A stretch of 64,000 bases of DNA from Thermovirgaceae bacterium (lineage in GTDB: Bacteria; Synergistota; Synergistia; Synergistales; Thermovirgaceae). Numbering within the stretch: position 1 is the first letter of the stretch; each line of letters opens with the position of its first letter. The stretch covers positions 435,263 to 499,262 of the forward strand of contig JAXGIW010000001.1 of the NCBI GenBank assembly GCA_040770625.1, in the 5' to 3' direction. The notes beneath the pieces are model-generated. The model worked only from the letters and a program-made list of their open reading frames with translations. It did not search any database and was not told where the DNA came from. Positions 44,267-54,105 of this stretch are shown here, piece after piece. Made by a program: the position numbers and the translations under genes.

Positions 44267-45419
44267 AAGCCAGTTCTTGAGATGTGGTGTCCTTTTTGAC
44301 GGGAACAATGTTTTAAAGGACACCACTATCGAGATCTCGGAGGGGAAAATAGCGTCCATAGGCAAAGAACCCCTGGATAAAAAAGGTGTCTGGGATCTGA
44401 GCGACCAGACGATCATTCCCGGGATCATAGATTGCCACGACCATCTCGGTTTGGACCCAGGAGATGAAAGAGAACAATCTCTTGCACCCACTCCCTGGAT
44501 AAGTCTTGTCGGTTCTGCCAATGCACGGAAGATCCTTGGGGCCGGGATCACGACCCTCAGGGATGTTGGCGAGAAAGACTTTATCGATGTCTACTGGAAG
44601 AAAGCAATAACCGAAGGGTTAATAAAGGGCCCGAATATGCTGATCTCGGGACAACCGGTAATCAAAACCGGTGGTCATGGGTGGTATCTCGGAAGGGAAG
44701 CCGATGGGAAAGACGAAATAATCAAGGCGGTAAGGGAACAGGTGAAACAGGGAGTTGATTTTGTAAAGGTAATGGTTGGAGGAGGATTGACCACCCTGGG
44801 ATCTGATCCTGCTTTTGCCGAGTTCTCCGAGGAAGAGGTCTTTTCTCTTGTCAAGGAAGCACATCGTTGTGGAAGAAAGGTCATTGCCCACGCGCATGGA
44901 GGCGTTGCCGCTGATATTGCCATTGAAGCGGGTGTTGATTCGATCGAACATGGTGTTTTTTTAAGCCGCGGACAGATGGAAAGCATGCGGGACAAAGGGA
45001 TCTTCCTTGTAGTTACCTATGGGATCATCGAACAGATAGTTCAGGGAGAGAACATTCCTGAATTCACTAAGTCCAAGGCAAAAGAATATATCAAGAAATA
45101 TTTCGAGGTCATTTCCACCGCACGTGAAGTAGGGACAATGCTGGCGGCAGGCGGTGACGGGCTTCATGGGAGACCTGACAGGGAAATGTTCGCCCTGGTG
45201 TCTTCAGGTTTCTCCAACAGGGATGCCATCAGGATAATGACAAGCGATTCAGCCAAACTCTGCGGGATAGATGCAATTGCCGGGACGATCGAAAAGGGGA
45301 AAAGGGCTGATATCGTTGGCTTGGGGAGCAACCCTCTGGAAAAAATATCAAACATCAGGGATGTCCAGTTTGTTTGCCGAAATGGAGAAATAGTCTATTA
45401 CAAAGGATGGTTGGTTTGA
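44253..45419 (+). CDS. metal-dependent amidohydrolase family protein
   Basis: PGIIDCHDHLG metal-binding HxH motif, later H/H/D ligands. Start uncertain (44241-44253). Confidence 0.8.
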   Translation: MASIESQFLRCGVLFDGNNVLKDTTIEISEGKIASIGKEPLDKKGVWDLSDQTIIPGIIDCHDHLGLDPGDEREQSLAPTPWISLVGSANARKILGAGITTLRDVGEKDFIDVYWKKAITEGLIKGPNMLISGQPVIKTGGHGWYLGREADGKDEIIKAVREQVKQGVDFVKVMVGGGLTTLGSDPAFAEFSEEEVFSLVKEAHRCGRKVIAHAHGGVAADIAIEAGVDSIEHGVFLSRGQMESMRDKGIFLVVTYGIIEQIVQGENIPEFTKSKAKEYIKKYFEVISTAREVGTMLAAGGDGLHGRPDREMFALVSSGFSNRDAIRIMTSDSAKLCGIDAIAGTIEKGKRADIVGLGSNPLEKISNIRDVQFVCRNGEIVYYKGWLV

Positions 45420-46181
45420 ATGAAAAGAGAAGTTAACTTCAGCAGGATGAGTTGGTTCGATGTTCAAAACGCCATGAAGGATGGCTGTGATACTGTGATG
45501 ATCCCTGTGGGATCGGTGGAACAGCACGGCCCCCATCTGCCATTGACGACGGATTCCATGGTTGTTGATTGGATCGCGAACAAAGCAGCTGAGCAGATGG
45601 ATGGAGTTCTTGTCGCTCCGATAGTGTACTACGGGGTCAGTTATAACCACATTGATTTCCCTGGTACTGGTTCGGTTCAGATAGATACCTTGAAGAGGTA
45701 TTTGATCGACGTTTGTATTTCCCTTTTGGGGCATGGTTTTGAGAAGCTTATCATTCTTAACGGTCACGGGGGGAATAATGCGACCGTCGCAGCGGCGGCC
45801 CATGACATCCGCCTTCAGACAAAGAAGTTTGTTGGTGTTATTACCTGGCCCTCATTGGTACTTGAAGCCGAGAAGACCCTGGAAAGCGAGATAGTGTGGC
45901 ATGCTGATGAGGGGGAGACGTCGACAGTTCTCTGGATCGCCCCGGAACTGGTAAAGATGGAGAGGGCTTTAAACGTTACCCCGAAACCTATACCCCATTA
46001 TGTCTTTACCCACGAGGCGCTTTTCAGCAATCCCGTTGATCAGGGATTGCCCCCGACGAAAGTTCTTTCCGAATCGGGTATCGTGGGAGACGCAAAACTT
46101 GCGACTCCGGAAAAGGGCAAATTAATCCTTGAAGAGGCTGCAAAGAACCTTGCGAAAGTGATCACCGAACTGAGGAACTGA
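45420..46181 (+). CDS. creatininase (creatinine amidohydrolase) family protein
   Basis: PVGSVEQHGPHLPL motif and HADEGETS region typical of the family. Confidence 0.8.
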   Translation: MKREVNFSRMSWFDVQNAMKDGCDTVMIPVGSVEQHGPHLPLTTDSMVVDWIANKAAEQMDGVLVAPIVYYGVSYNHIDFPGTGSVQIDTLKRYLIDVCISLLGHGFEKLIILNGHGGNNATVAAAAHDIRLQTKKFVGVITWPSLVLEAEKTLESEIVWHADEGETSTVLWIAPELVKMERALNVTPKPIPHYVFTHEALFSNPVDQGLPPTKVLSESGIVGDAKLATPEKGKLILEEAAKNLAKVITELRN

Positions 46182-46193
46182 AGGTCCTCCCAT

Positions 46194-46233
46194 CAGCAGG
46201 GGAGACGGTCCAGGGCGATCGTCTCCCCTGCTG
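46194..46233. terminator. bidirectional terminator hairpin
   Basis: 14-bp stem CAGCAGGGGAGACG ... CGTCTCCCCTGCTG between convergent genes. Confidence 0.7.
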
Positions 46234-46252
46234 AAACCTTTCCTTGGGGAAT

Positions 46253-46612
46253 TTAGTATCCCGAGTCTTGAGGGCGGACATTGCTCTTCCTGGTCTGGAG
46301 GTAATTCTGGAAATTCTTTTCTGCGTCTATCATCGCTGCGATGATCGTCTTTTTCCCTTTTGCGAAATATCTGTTCTCGATCTCCTTGATAGCTTCAGCG
46401 ATACCTCCCTCATTCATCCTTTTCCCAACCAGGGTCGACTTGAAAAAAGAGCAGCCCAATTCTGAGACAAAGGTCGAGGCTACATCGACGATCTCCCAGT
46501 TTTCGGGATCAACTTCCAGACCTATTCCGAAGTAACCGAACATCTGGTGTCCGCTGGTATCGTCAGGGTATTTCGCATAACCTCCGAAATAGAAGAGTTT
46601 TCCTCCTTCCAT
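46253..46612 (-). CDS. small conserved hypothetical protein (possibly DUF3870-like)
   Basis: 119 aa soluble protein with an RBS GGAGGGAG upstream. The family assignment is from memory and weak. Confidence 0.45.
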   Translation of the reverse strand: MEGGKLFYFGGYAKYPDDTSGHQMFGYFGIGLEVDPENWEIVDVASTFVSELGCSFFKSTLVGKRMNEGGIAEAIKEIENRYFAKGKKTIIAAMIDAEKNFQNYLQTRKSNVRPQDSGY

Positions 46613-46771
46613 GAAACTGCTCCCTCCTCGAAATGAATTAGATAAGGGGAAGAATTATGTTCCCCCTTCCTGATCGATCTCCATCTCTATCGTGCAAGAA
46701 GGATCTGGTCTGAGCGTGTTGTCGGTACCTAACTTTCTCGAGAGAAGAGTGATTCTGGCCCTTCATTTTGG

Positions 46772-47773
46772 CTAGGTTTTATTGAATGCGTCCAATAGCG
46801 CTTGCCTGTATGGGAACAGGCCGAAGACGCCGCCGGTGTGGATGAAGAGGACCTTTTCGTCCTTGTCGATGCCGCCATTCTCTATCTCTTTCATCAAACC
46901 GAAGAGAGCCTTGCCGGTATATGTGGGGTCCAGGAGTACGGCCTCCAGGGATGCGGCATCGCTGATGAAGTTGATCAGTTCCGGAGAGGCCTTCCCGTAA
47001 CCCTCCCCGATGTAACTGTCGATGACCTCGAACCTTCCCCTGGGATCGGGCAGTTCGGGGATGTACTTCTCCCTGAGCCCGGAAAAGACCTCGTCGACCT
47101 TCTCGTCGAACCACTGTGACGGGAAGGCAACGCTGATGGCCGTCACTCGACAGTTGAGACCGTGTACAAGGCAGCCGGCGACAATGCCCGATAGGGTTCC
47201 GCCTGAGCCGCATGCGAAAACTATTCGGTCAGGAATTATCCCCACCTTCTCGACCTGGTCTGCGATCTCTCCGATGGCGTCGATGTACCCCAGCGACCCC
47301 AGGGCGTCTGAAGCGCCAAGAGGGATGACGTAGGGCCGGTGCCCTTCGGTGCGGTAGGCATCGGCTATCTCTTCCATGCTCTTTGCCTGGTCCCTCAGGT
47401 CGGGGAGGGAGACGAAGGTGGTCCTTGCGCCGAAGAGGAGATCCAGAAAGAGGTTGCCCTCCGGAAGAGCCTCCGGGGTACCGTTCAGGACCAGGTGACA
47501 CCCCATTCCCAGCTTGGCCGCCACGGCAGCTGTCGCCCTGGCGTGATTCGACTGGGGGCCTCCGCAGGTGATGAGGATGTCCGACCCCCTGGCTACGGCA
47601 TCGGCAGCGCAGTACTCGAGTTTTCTTACCTTGTTTCCTGAAAGGGCCATGCCCGTAAGGTCGTCCCTTTTCAGGACCACATTGTCGCTCCCCAGGAGGA
47701 CAGAGAGTCTGCCTGACGGCTGGATCGGTGTCGGAAGGATCGCCAGTTCAAGTTTCCGGGCAAATCTTTTCAA
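46772..47773 (-). CDS. D-cysteine desulfhydrase / ACC deaminase family PLP enzyme
   Basis: LKRDDLTG...SGNKVRKLEY (PLP lysine) and CGGPQSNH blocks. Confidence 0.8.
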   Translation of the reverse strand: MKRFARKLELAILPTPIQPSGRLSVLLGSDNVVLKRDDLTGMALSGNKVRKLEYCAADAVARGSDILITCGGPQSNHARATAAVAAKLGMGCHLVLNGTPEALPEGNLFLDLLFGARTTFVSLPDLRDQAKSMEEIADAYRTEGHRPYVIPLGASDALGSLGYIDAIGEIADQVEKVGIIPDRIVFACGSGGTLSGIVAGCLVHGLNCRVTAISVAFPSQWFDEKVDEVFSGLREKYIPELPDPRGRFEVIDSYIGEGYGKASPELINFISDAASLEAVLLDPTYTGKALFGLMKEIENGGIDKDEKVLFIHTGGVFGLFPYRQALLDAFNKT

Positions 47774-47946
47774 TGTCTCCTTGACCTCCTTTGTGTCTGT
47801 ACCTCTTGTTTGTGAACAGCATATCTATTTTGACACAACAAAGTAAATAATGCATATTAAGTAAATTCGCAGACCCTGTTTCCCAGGCCCTGCGCGGTTT
47901 TTTGGTATCAGGCAGATACACTTAAACAACGGGAGAGTGGCAACTA

Positions 47947-48267
47947 TTGAAGGCAAAAAAGGGAGATTGGGTCCAGGTCTACAGGGTTGTTCTCGAAGCG
48001 GGAGAAAGGGCACCCCAGGTGCCGGAGGATACGGCGAAGGTGCCGCTGGAGATGAAGGTAAAGGGAAGCCTGCTGGAGGATTCGGCGGTCCCTGGGGACG
48101 AAGTGACCGTGGAGACGGCCGCAGGAAGAACGATAACAGGGAAGCTTGTAGCCGTGGAGCCACCCTACGATGTCAGCTTCGGGCCTCCACCGCCGGAGCT
48201 GAGGACCGTGGGCCGTGAGCTCAGGAAGATCCTTGCCGGAGGAGGGTGCCGTCATGAGCAGGGCTGA
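47947..48267 (+). CDS. ortA: 2-amino-4-oxopentanoate thiolase alpha subunit-like (OrtA)
   Basis: GDWVQVYRVVL...RAPQVPEDTAKVPLEMKVKG pattern, about 105 aa, translationally coupled to an OrtB-like gene. TTG start. Confidence 0.7.
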   Translation: MKAKKGDWVQVYRVVLEAGERAPQVPEDTAKVPLEMKVKGSLLEDSAVPGDEVTVETAAGRTITGKLVAVEPPYDVSFGPPPPELRTVGRELRKILAGGGCRHEQG

Positions 48268-49696
48268 TGACTACTCCTCAGTGATGGCCCGAAGGACCGA
48301 GATCATGAGGTGCTCTGTCGGCATCGACTACGGCTCCTTCTCAACCGGCAAGCTTGCCTTTGACTATGAGCGAATGATGGCGGAGACGGGGTATCCGCTG
48401 GATGAGGTCAAAAGGATCCAGAGGGAGTCAAACGTAGGTGAAACTCCCCTCATTGAGCTCAAGAACCTCACCGCGCTTGTAAGGAAGATATCGGAGCCGG
48501 GACGGGGGGCCAGGATCTTCGTAAAGGACGAGGCCAACAATCCCGCCAGGTCTTTCAAGGACAGAAGGGCCTCCCTTTCAGTTCATAACGCCCTCATGAA
48601 AGGCTACCCTGGTGTCGTGGCCGCCACCAGCGGCAACTACGGGGCAGCCGTGGCCAGCCAGGCCGCCAGGAAGAACCTCTCCAGCATAATCGTCCAGGAA
48701 GTGTTCGACAGCAGGGGCTTCGAACAGCCCGAGATAGCCGAGAAGGGACGGGCCTGCGAGGCCTACGGCTCCGAGGTGCTCCAGCTTTCTGTGGGGCCCG
48801 AGCTCTTTTACGTCTTTCTCCTCGTTCTTGAGGAGACAGGGTTTTTCAACGCATCCCTTTATACACCCTTCTCAATAGCCGGCATCGAGACCCTTGGCAC
48901 CGAGATAGTAGAGCAGACCAGGGAACTGACGGGACGGGACCCCGACGCGATCATAAGCACTCACGCCGGGGGAGGCATCACTACCGGGACGGCCAGGGGA
49001 GTTCTGAAGGCTGGAAGCCCTGGGACAAGGATCATAGGGGCAAGCGTCAACCTTCAGGGTCTCCACATGGCATCAGACAGGGATTTCAACCGTAAGTCCT
49101 TCACAACAGGGCATACGGGGTTCGGTTTCCCCTTTGCAGTCTGGCCCGATCGCTCGGATGTCCCCCGGAACGCCGCAAGAGTGCTGCGCTACCTGGACCG
49201 GTACGTAACTGTAAGTCAGGGGTCGGTCTTCTACATCACCGAAGCTCTGGCCCAGCTGGAAGGTCTGGAGAGAGGGCCCGCAGGGAACACCTCCCTTACC
49301 GCGGCATTCTCTCTGGCCCGCACTATGGGCGAGGACGAGGTGGTGGTCGTCAACGAGACGGAGTACACCGGCGCCGGGAAACACCCCTACGCCCAGATAG
49401 CCTTCGCCAGGAAGATGGGAGTAGAGGTTTTCAGGGGAGATCCTTCAACGGAGAAGCCCGGAGAGAACATCGTGATCCCGATGAAGCCCGGGCAGGTAGC
49501 TGCCAGCGAGGTAGACCTGGACAGGCTCCGGGAGTCCTACGTGAAGAACGCCTGCAAGATTCTCGGTGAGGAGAGAGAGATCACTCCCGCCGATCTGGAT
49601 TTCATCTGCGACGACGCCAGGCTTGACAGGGGAAGGGCACTGGAGCTCCTCACGGAGAACGGGGTCGGTCTTTCATTAGGAAGAAAGGAAGGATGA
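48254..49696 (+). CDS. ortB: 2-amino-4-oxopentanoate thiolase beta subunit-like (OrtB), PLP dependent
   Basis: Fold-type II PLP motif SFKDRRAS and SGNYGAA. About 480 aa. ATG at 48254 follows GGAGGAGGG. Confidence 0.7.
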   Translation: MSRADDYSSVMARRTEIMRCSVGIDYGSFSTGKLAFDYERMMAETGYPLDEVKRIQRESNVGETPLIELKNLTALVRKISEPGRGARIFVKDEANNPARSFKDRRASLSVHNALMKGYPGVVAATSGNYGAAVASQAARKNLSSIIVQEVFDSRGFEQPEIAEKGRACEAYGSEVLQLSVGPELFYVFLLVLEETGFFNASLYTPFSIAGIETLGTEIVEQTRELTGRDPDAIISTHAGGGITTGTARGVLKAGSPGTRIIGASVNLQGLHMASDRDFNRKSFTTGHTGFGFPFAVWPDRSDVPRNAARVLRYLDRYVTVSQGSVFYITEALAQLEGLERGPAGNTSLTAAFSLARTMGEDEVVVVNETEYTGAGKHPYAQIAFARKMGVEVFRGDPSTEKPGENIVIPMKPGQVAASEVDLDRLRESYVKNACKILGEEREITPADLDFICDDARLDRGRALELLTENGVGLSLGRKEG

Positions 49697-49700
49697 ACGG

Positions 49701-50843
49701 ATGGGATGGCGCCCCACGAGAATGGAAGTTAGTCTCGACAACCTGCGATACAACTACAGGCTCATAAAAGAGCACGTCGGAGGCGCCAGGGTGATCGCCG
49801 TGGTGAAGGCCAACGCCTACAACCTGGGGATCATTCAGGCATCCTGGGCCCTCAGGGGGGCGGGAGCGGACTTTTTTGCCGTTGCCACCCCCGACGAGGC
49901 CATCGAGTTGAGAGAGGGGGGAATAACCAGCCCTGTCCTTGTCCTGGGTACCTCACCCTACTCCGTGGCGGGAGAGTACGTTCGCCTGGGGATCCGTGCG
50001 GCCGTCACGGACCCGATGATGGCCAGGGCGCTCTCGACGGAGGCTGTCAGACAAGGCAGGAAGGCCTTTGTGCACATCAAGATAGACAGCGGTCTGGGAC
50101 GTATCGGTTTCATCCCCGGCCATACCCTGGAAGCCGTGGAAGATATCGTCTCCCTTCCGGGCATTGATGCGGAAGGAGCCTTCACCCACTTTGCCCTTGC
50201 CGATACGGGAGACATGACGTACACCCGCGAACAGTACCGTCGCTTCCTGGAGGCCCTGGATCAGCTCTCGGCGAAGGGGATAAGGTTCAGGATGCGGCAC
50301 TGCTGCAACTCTGCGGCCACTCTGGAGACGCCCGAGATGGCTCTGGACGCCGTAAGGCCTGGGCACATCATTGTGGGCATGTACCCATCGCCCGAAGTCA
50401 AACGCTCGATCATCGTAAAACCCTGCTTCGAGTTCAAGACAGCCATCGGCCTGATCCGGGAACTGCCCGCCGGGACGGGGGTCAGCTACGGTCTGGACTA
50501 TGTTACTGGCCAGCACGAACGCATCGCCCAGCTTCCCCTGGGTTACGCCGACGGTTACTACAGGGAGCTCTGGAACAAGGATGTGGAGGTTCTCGTCGGA
50601 GGTGTCCGGTGTCCAGTGGTAGGGCGTATCTGCATGGACCAGATGATGGTGAATGTAACTTCCGTCCCCCAGGCCTCGGTGGGTGACGAAGTGGTCCTGA
50701 TAGGCAGACAGGGGAGTGAGGAGATCACCCTTGACGAAATCGCCGGAAAGATGGGGACCCTGGCCTGCGTCCCGCCCACGCTGATCAGCAAAAGAGTGCC
50801 CCGGGTCTATATTGACCGGAGTTCAGAGGAGCTGAGTCGTTGA
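49701..50843 (+). CDS. alanine racemase family protein (alanine or ornithine racemase)
   Basis: AVVKANAYNLG (PLP lysine) and C-terminal beta domain. 380 aa. Confidence 0.85.
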   Translation: MGWRPTRMEVSLDNLRYNYRLIKEHVGGARVIAVVKANAYNLGIIQASWALRGAGADFFAVATPDEAIELREGGITSPVLVLGTSPYSVAGEYVRLGIRAAVTDPMMARALSTEAVRQGRKAFVHIKIDSGLGRIGFIPGHTLEAVEDIVSLPGIDAEGAFTHFALADTGDMTYTREQYRRFLEALDQLSAKGIRFRMRHCCNSAATLETPEMALDAVRPGHIIVGMYPSPEVKRSIIVKPCFEFKTAIGLIRELPAGTGVSYGLDYVTGQHERIAQLPLGYADGYYRELWNKDVEVLVGGVRCPVVGRICMDQMMVNVTSVPQASVGDEVVLIGRQGSEEITLDEIAGKMGTLACVPPTLISKRVPRVYIDRSSEELSR

Positions 50844-50910
50844 ATTTAATTTGTGGTATCATTTCATTTGTTTTCTTCTTTAAAGCGTAAGGAAAAGGGA
50901 GGTCGAATGA

Positions 50911-51486
50911 ATGCTCGCTATTGTGAACACGAAGTTCTGGAGGATCCTTGGCATCCTGCAGAAGATCATCATGATCATCTCCTCGATAGCTATCCTTGCC
51001 CTGGTCCTTGTCCAGGTCCTCCTGAGGTATGTCTTCGTCATGCCCCTGATGGGAGTCGAAGAGGTCGCCACCATGGTGGGTTTCTGGCTCTATTTCATGG
51101 GGGCCTCCTGGGGGACCGCAGAGAGGTCCCATATCAAGGCGGACCTTATGCAGGCTGCCATAAAGGATCCCAGGAAACTGATATGGGTGAAGGTCCTGAC
51201 CTCTGCGGCCTGTGTGATCCTCTCGGCGATGATGATCTACTGGGGTTGGGGCTACACAGTGTGGGGCTACACGAGGATGCAGCTCTCCCCCACTCTCATG
51301 ATCCCCATGATCTACTCCCAGGTGAGCATCTTTATTGGTGCTATCCTGATGTTCTTCTATTTCTGCGTTGAACTTGTCGATTATTTCCTTCAGGCTACGG
51401 GCAAGATCCCTCTCGATACTCCCGACGGATCCTGTCAGCCTGTGGACGCCCCGGCTATCTGCCCTGCCGATCAGGTCGGGGACTAG
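50911..51486 (+). CDS. dctQ: TRAP transporter small permease
   Basis: Four-TM protein of about 190 aa directly upstream of a DctM-like gene. Confidence 0.8.
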   Translation: MLAIVNTKFWRILGILQKIIMIISSIAILALVLVQVLLRYVFVMPLMGVEEVATMVGFWLYFMGASWGTAERSHIKADLMQAAIKDPRKLIWVKVLTSAACVILSAMMIYWGWGYTVWGYTRMQLSPTLMIPMIYSQVSIFIGAILMFFYFCVELVDYFLQATGKIPLDTPDGSCQPVDAPAICPADQVGD

Positions 51487-51510
51487 AAAGAGTTGTAGGA
51501 GTGGTCGAAA

Positions 51511-52812
51511 ATGATTATTGCGATCAATCTTGCCATCCTTATCGGACTAATCGTTGTGGGGCTGCCCGTCCCGTTCTGTTTCATGACGGCGGCCATTTAC
51601 ATGGGCATAGTCTACGACTTCAGCTTCTCATTCCTTCTCCCGAGCGGCTATTACGCCCTTAACTCCCTGACGCTCCTTTCGGTCCCATTCTTCATCATGG
51701 CCGGGGCTCTCATGTCCTCGTCGGGTATAGCCGAGCGTCTCACCGACTTCGCCCAGGCCTTCCTGGGCAGGATGAGGGGCGGTATGGGCGCTGCCACCAT
51801 AGTGGCCTGCGCCATCTTCGGGGCCATTTCGGGGACCTGCTCCTCGGCCGTTGCCTGCATTGGCGGCATCATGATCCCCCGCCTTGAGAAGCTCGGATAC
51901 CCAAGGTACTACTCCGTGGCCATGGTGGGGTGCGCCTCGGTGCTTGGCCAGCTGATACCGCCGAGCGTCCCGATGATCCTCTATGCCTGGGTTACGCAGC
52001 AATCCGTTGCGGCATGTTTCCTGGCAACGGTCATCCCGGGGATACTTACCACCATTCTGATGTGTATTGTCAACTGGTTCGAAGTCAAGAGGATGGGGAC
52101 CGTTCAGGTCGAGCCCCAGATACCCCTCTCCCAGAAGGTCCAGGTGATAGGCAGGGCCACGAAACACGGCATCTGGAGCCTTCTTATGCCCGTCATCATC
52201 CTTGGCGGGATCTACGGGGGGATAACAACCCCCACGGAATCGGCGGCCATCGCAGTCTTCTACGCAATCGTGGTGGGTTTCCTGATCCACAAGGAGCTGA
52301 CCCCAAGGATCCTTGGACAGGCCCTGGTCAACTCCTCTACAACCACGGGCGTCTGTGTTTTGATGCTCTTTTTCGTCTCCATCCTGGCCAAGGTCTACAC
52401 CATGCAGCGCATCCCGCAGCAGCTCGCGGAGTTCATGATGACCATCTCAAACAACAGGATCGTCCTGCTCCTGCTGGTGAATGCCTTCCTGATAATCATA
52501 GGAATGATGATGGACGACTTCAGCGGCACCATGCTCTCTGCTCCATTGCTTCTTCCGCTGATGGTGACCATCGGAGTGCACCCGGTTCACTTCGCGGCCA
52601 TCATGGGAACCAACCTGGGACTGGGCAACGTCACTCCCCCCTGTGCTCCGATACTGTTCCTGGCGGGCAGGATAGGAGGGGCGTCAGTAGACGAGTACTT
52701 CAGGCCTGCCCTCAAGTTCATGATCTTCGCCCAGGTGCCGGTGATCATTCTGACCACCTACATCCCGGGTCTTTCGATGTGGCTCCCGCGTCTGATAATG
52801 GGGGTCCAGTAG
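51511..52812 (+). CDS. dctM: TRAP transporter large permease
   Basis: 433 aa with a 12-TM DctM-like profile. Confidence 0.9.
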   Translation: MIIAINLAILIGLIVVGLPVPFCFMTAAIYMGIVYDFSFSFLLPSGYYALNSLTLLSVPFFIMAGALMSSSGIAERLTDFAQAFLGRMRGGMGAATIVACAIFGAISGTCSSAVACIGGIMIPRLEKLGYPRYYSVAMVGCASVLGQLIPPSVPMILYAWVTQQSVAACFLATVIPGILTTILMCIVNWFEVKRMGTVQVEPQIPLSQKVQVIGRATKHGIWSLLMPVIILGGIYGGITTPTESAAIAVFYAIVVGFLIHKELTPRILGQALVNSSTTTGVCVLMLFFVSILAKVYTMQRIPQQLAEFMMTISNNRIVLLLLVNAFLIIIGMMMDDFSGTMLSAPLLLPLMVTIGVHPVHFAAIMGTNLGLGNVTPPCAPILFLAGRIGGASVDEYFRPALKFMIFAQVPVIILTTYIPGLSMWLPRLIMGVQ

Positions 52813-52967
52813 GGGAATTCTCTTTATCATCCAGCAATCCTGAAGGGGGGTGGCATGATCAAGAAAGAATATGTATCCCGCTTGAAGGAGTTCTAGGATA
52901 GGAGGTTAGCAAAGCAGAGAAGGACTTGAAAAACCCTTTTTCTGTACTATTCAAGGAGGTGTTTTAG

Positions 52968-53975
52968 ATGAGGAAGATCCTGGCGCTTGTTCTGGTGGCG
53001 GTCCTGGTCCTCTCGCTGGGAGCTGCCGCGACAGCGGCCCCGAAGTGGACCTTCAAGATGGGTCACCCGAATCCCGTGGATGTGCCGTATGACAAGACAG
53101 CTCACAAGTTCGCCGACCTGGTCTCCGAGAAGACCAACGGTCAGGTCAAGATCAACATCTTCCCCAACAACCAGCTTGGCGACTGGACGGAGACCTTTGA
53201 ACTCATCTCCCGCGGGGTTGTCGAGATGGGCTTCCAGATCGCAAACGCCCAGTACGATCCGAAGCTGAACTTCGCCTACTACATGCCCTACGTTGTCAGC
53301 GATATCGAAGAGGCCAAGAAAGCCTACGCCCCGGGCGGCTGGGCCTTCGGGATCATCAAGGATCTCTGGCTTGAGCACGGCATCCAGCCCCTGGCGGTAT
53401 ACCCCATCGGGATGGCTGGCGTCTCTCTAAGATCAATGCCGCCCGCTCCTGGCGATCCCAACGTCCCCAAGAACATGAAGGTCCGGGTCATGCCCCTGGC
53501 AGCCTGCTCGATGACCTACGAGGCTCTTGGCTACATCGCGACCCCGATCCCCTACGCCGAGGTCTACAGCGGAATTCAGACCGGTATAGTCGATGGCCAG
53601 CAGGGTGGACCTCCCTTCCAGGCGTGGTCCTTCCGCGACGTCAACAAGGTCTGGATCCAGTACAACGACTACTTTGAACAGCACTGGATCACCATTAACA
53701 AGGGCGTATGGGACAAGCTCCCGGCCGATGTCCAGGCAGCCTTGCAGGAGGCAGCCAACGAGGCTTCTGCCATCCGTTGGGACCAGGTAGAGACAGAGGA
53801 CGCCGATTACAGGAAGGTCCTCAAGGAAGAGTTCGGCTGGGATATCGTGATGCTGACCGATGAGGAGCTCAAGGCCTGCGCCGACAAGGTCCGCAGGGAA
53901 GTATGGCCGAAAATGAAGGACCTCCTCGGCGAAGATCTTTACACCGAGGTCCGCCTCAACTCGATGGTCGAATAG
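52968..53975 (+). CDS. dctP: TRAP transporter substrate-binding protein
   Basis: Signal peptide, DctP-like length and blocks. Confidence 0.85.
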   Translation: MRKILALVLVAVLVLSLGAAATAAPKWTFKMGHPNPVDVPYDKTAHKFADLVSEKTNGQVKINIFPNNQLGDWTETFELISRGVVEMGFQIANAQYDPKLNFAYYMPYVVSDIEEAKKAYAPGGWAFGIIKDLWLEHGIQPLAVYPIGMAGVSLRSMPPAPGDPNVPKNMKVRVMPLAACSMTYEALGYIATPIPYAEVYSGIQTGIVDGQQGGPPFQAWSFRDVNKVWIQYNDYFEQHWITINKGVWDKLPADVQAALQEAANEASAIRWDQVETEDADYRKVLKEEFGWDIVMLTDEELKACADKVRREVWPKMKDLLGEDLYTEVRLNSMVE

Positions 53976-54017
53976 CTTCCCGCTTTTTTCAGGGACAACA
54001 GTTCTCAAGCTATAAAG

Positions 54018-54049
54018 GCGAGGGGCGGGAGGTAACTCCCGCCCCTCGC
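54018..54049 (+). terminator. GC-rich hairpin after dctP (weak T tail)
   Basis: GCGAGGGGCGGGAG-GTAA-CTCCCGCCCCTCGC. Confidence 0.5.
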
Positions 54050-54105
54050 TTGAAAGAACGGGCAAAACGGAACAGTTACGATATGAACGGCGAGGTGGTA
54101 ATGAT

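Noticed and set aside
52853-52894. 12-codon ORF (MIKKEYVSRLKEF) between dctM and dctP
   Set aside because: It is very short and has no hydrophobic or conserved character that I can judge. It is probably chance.
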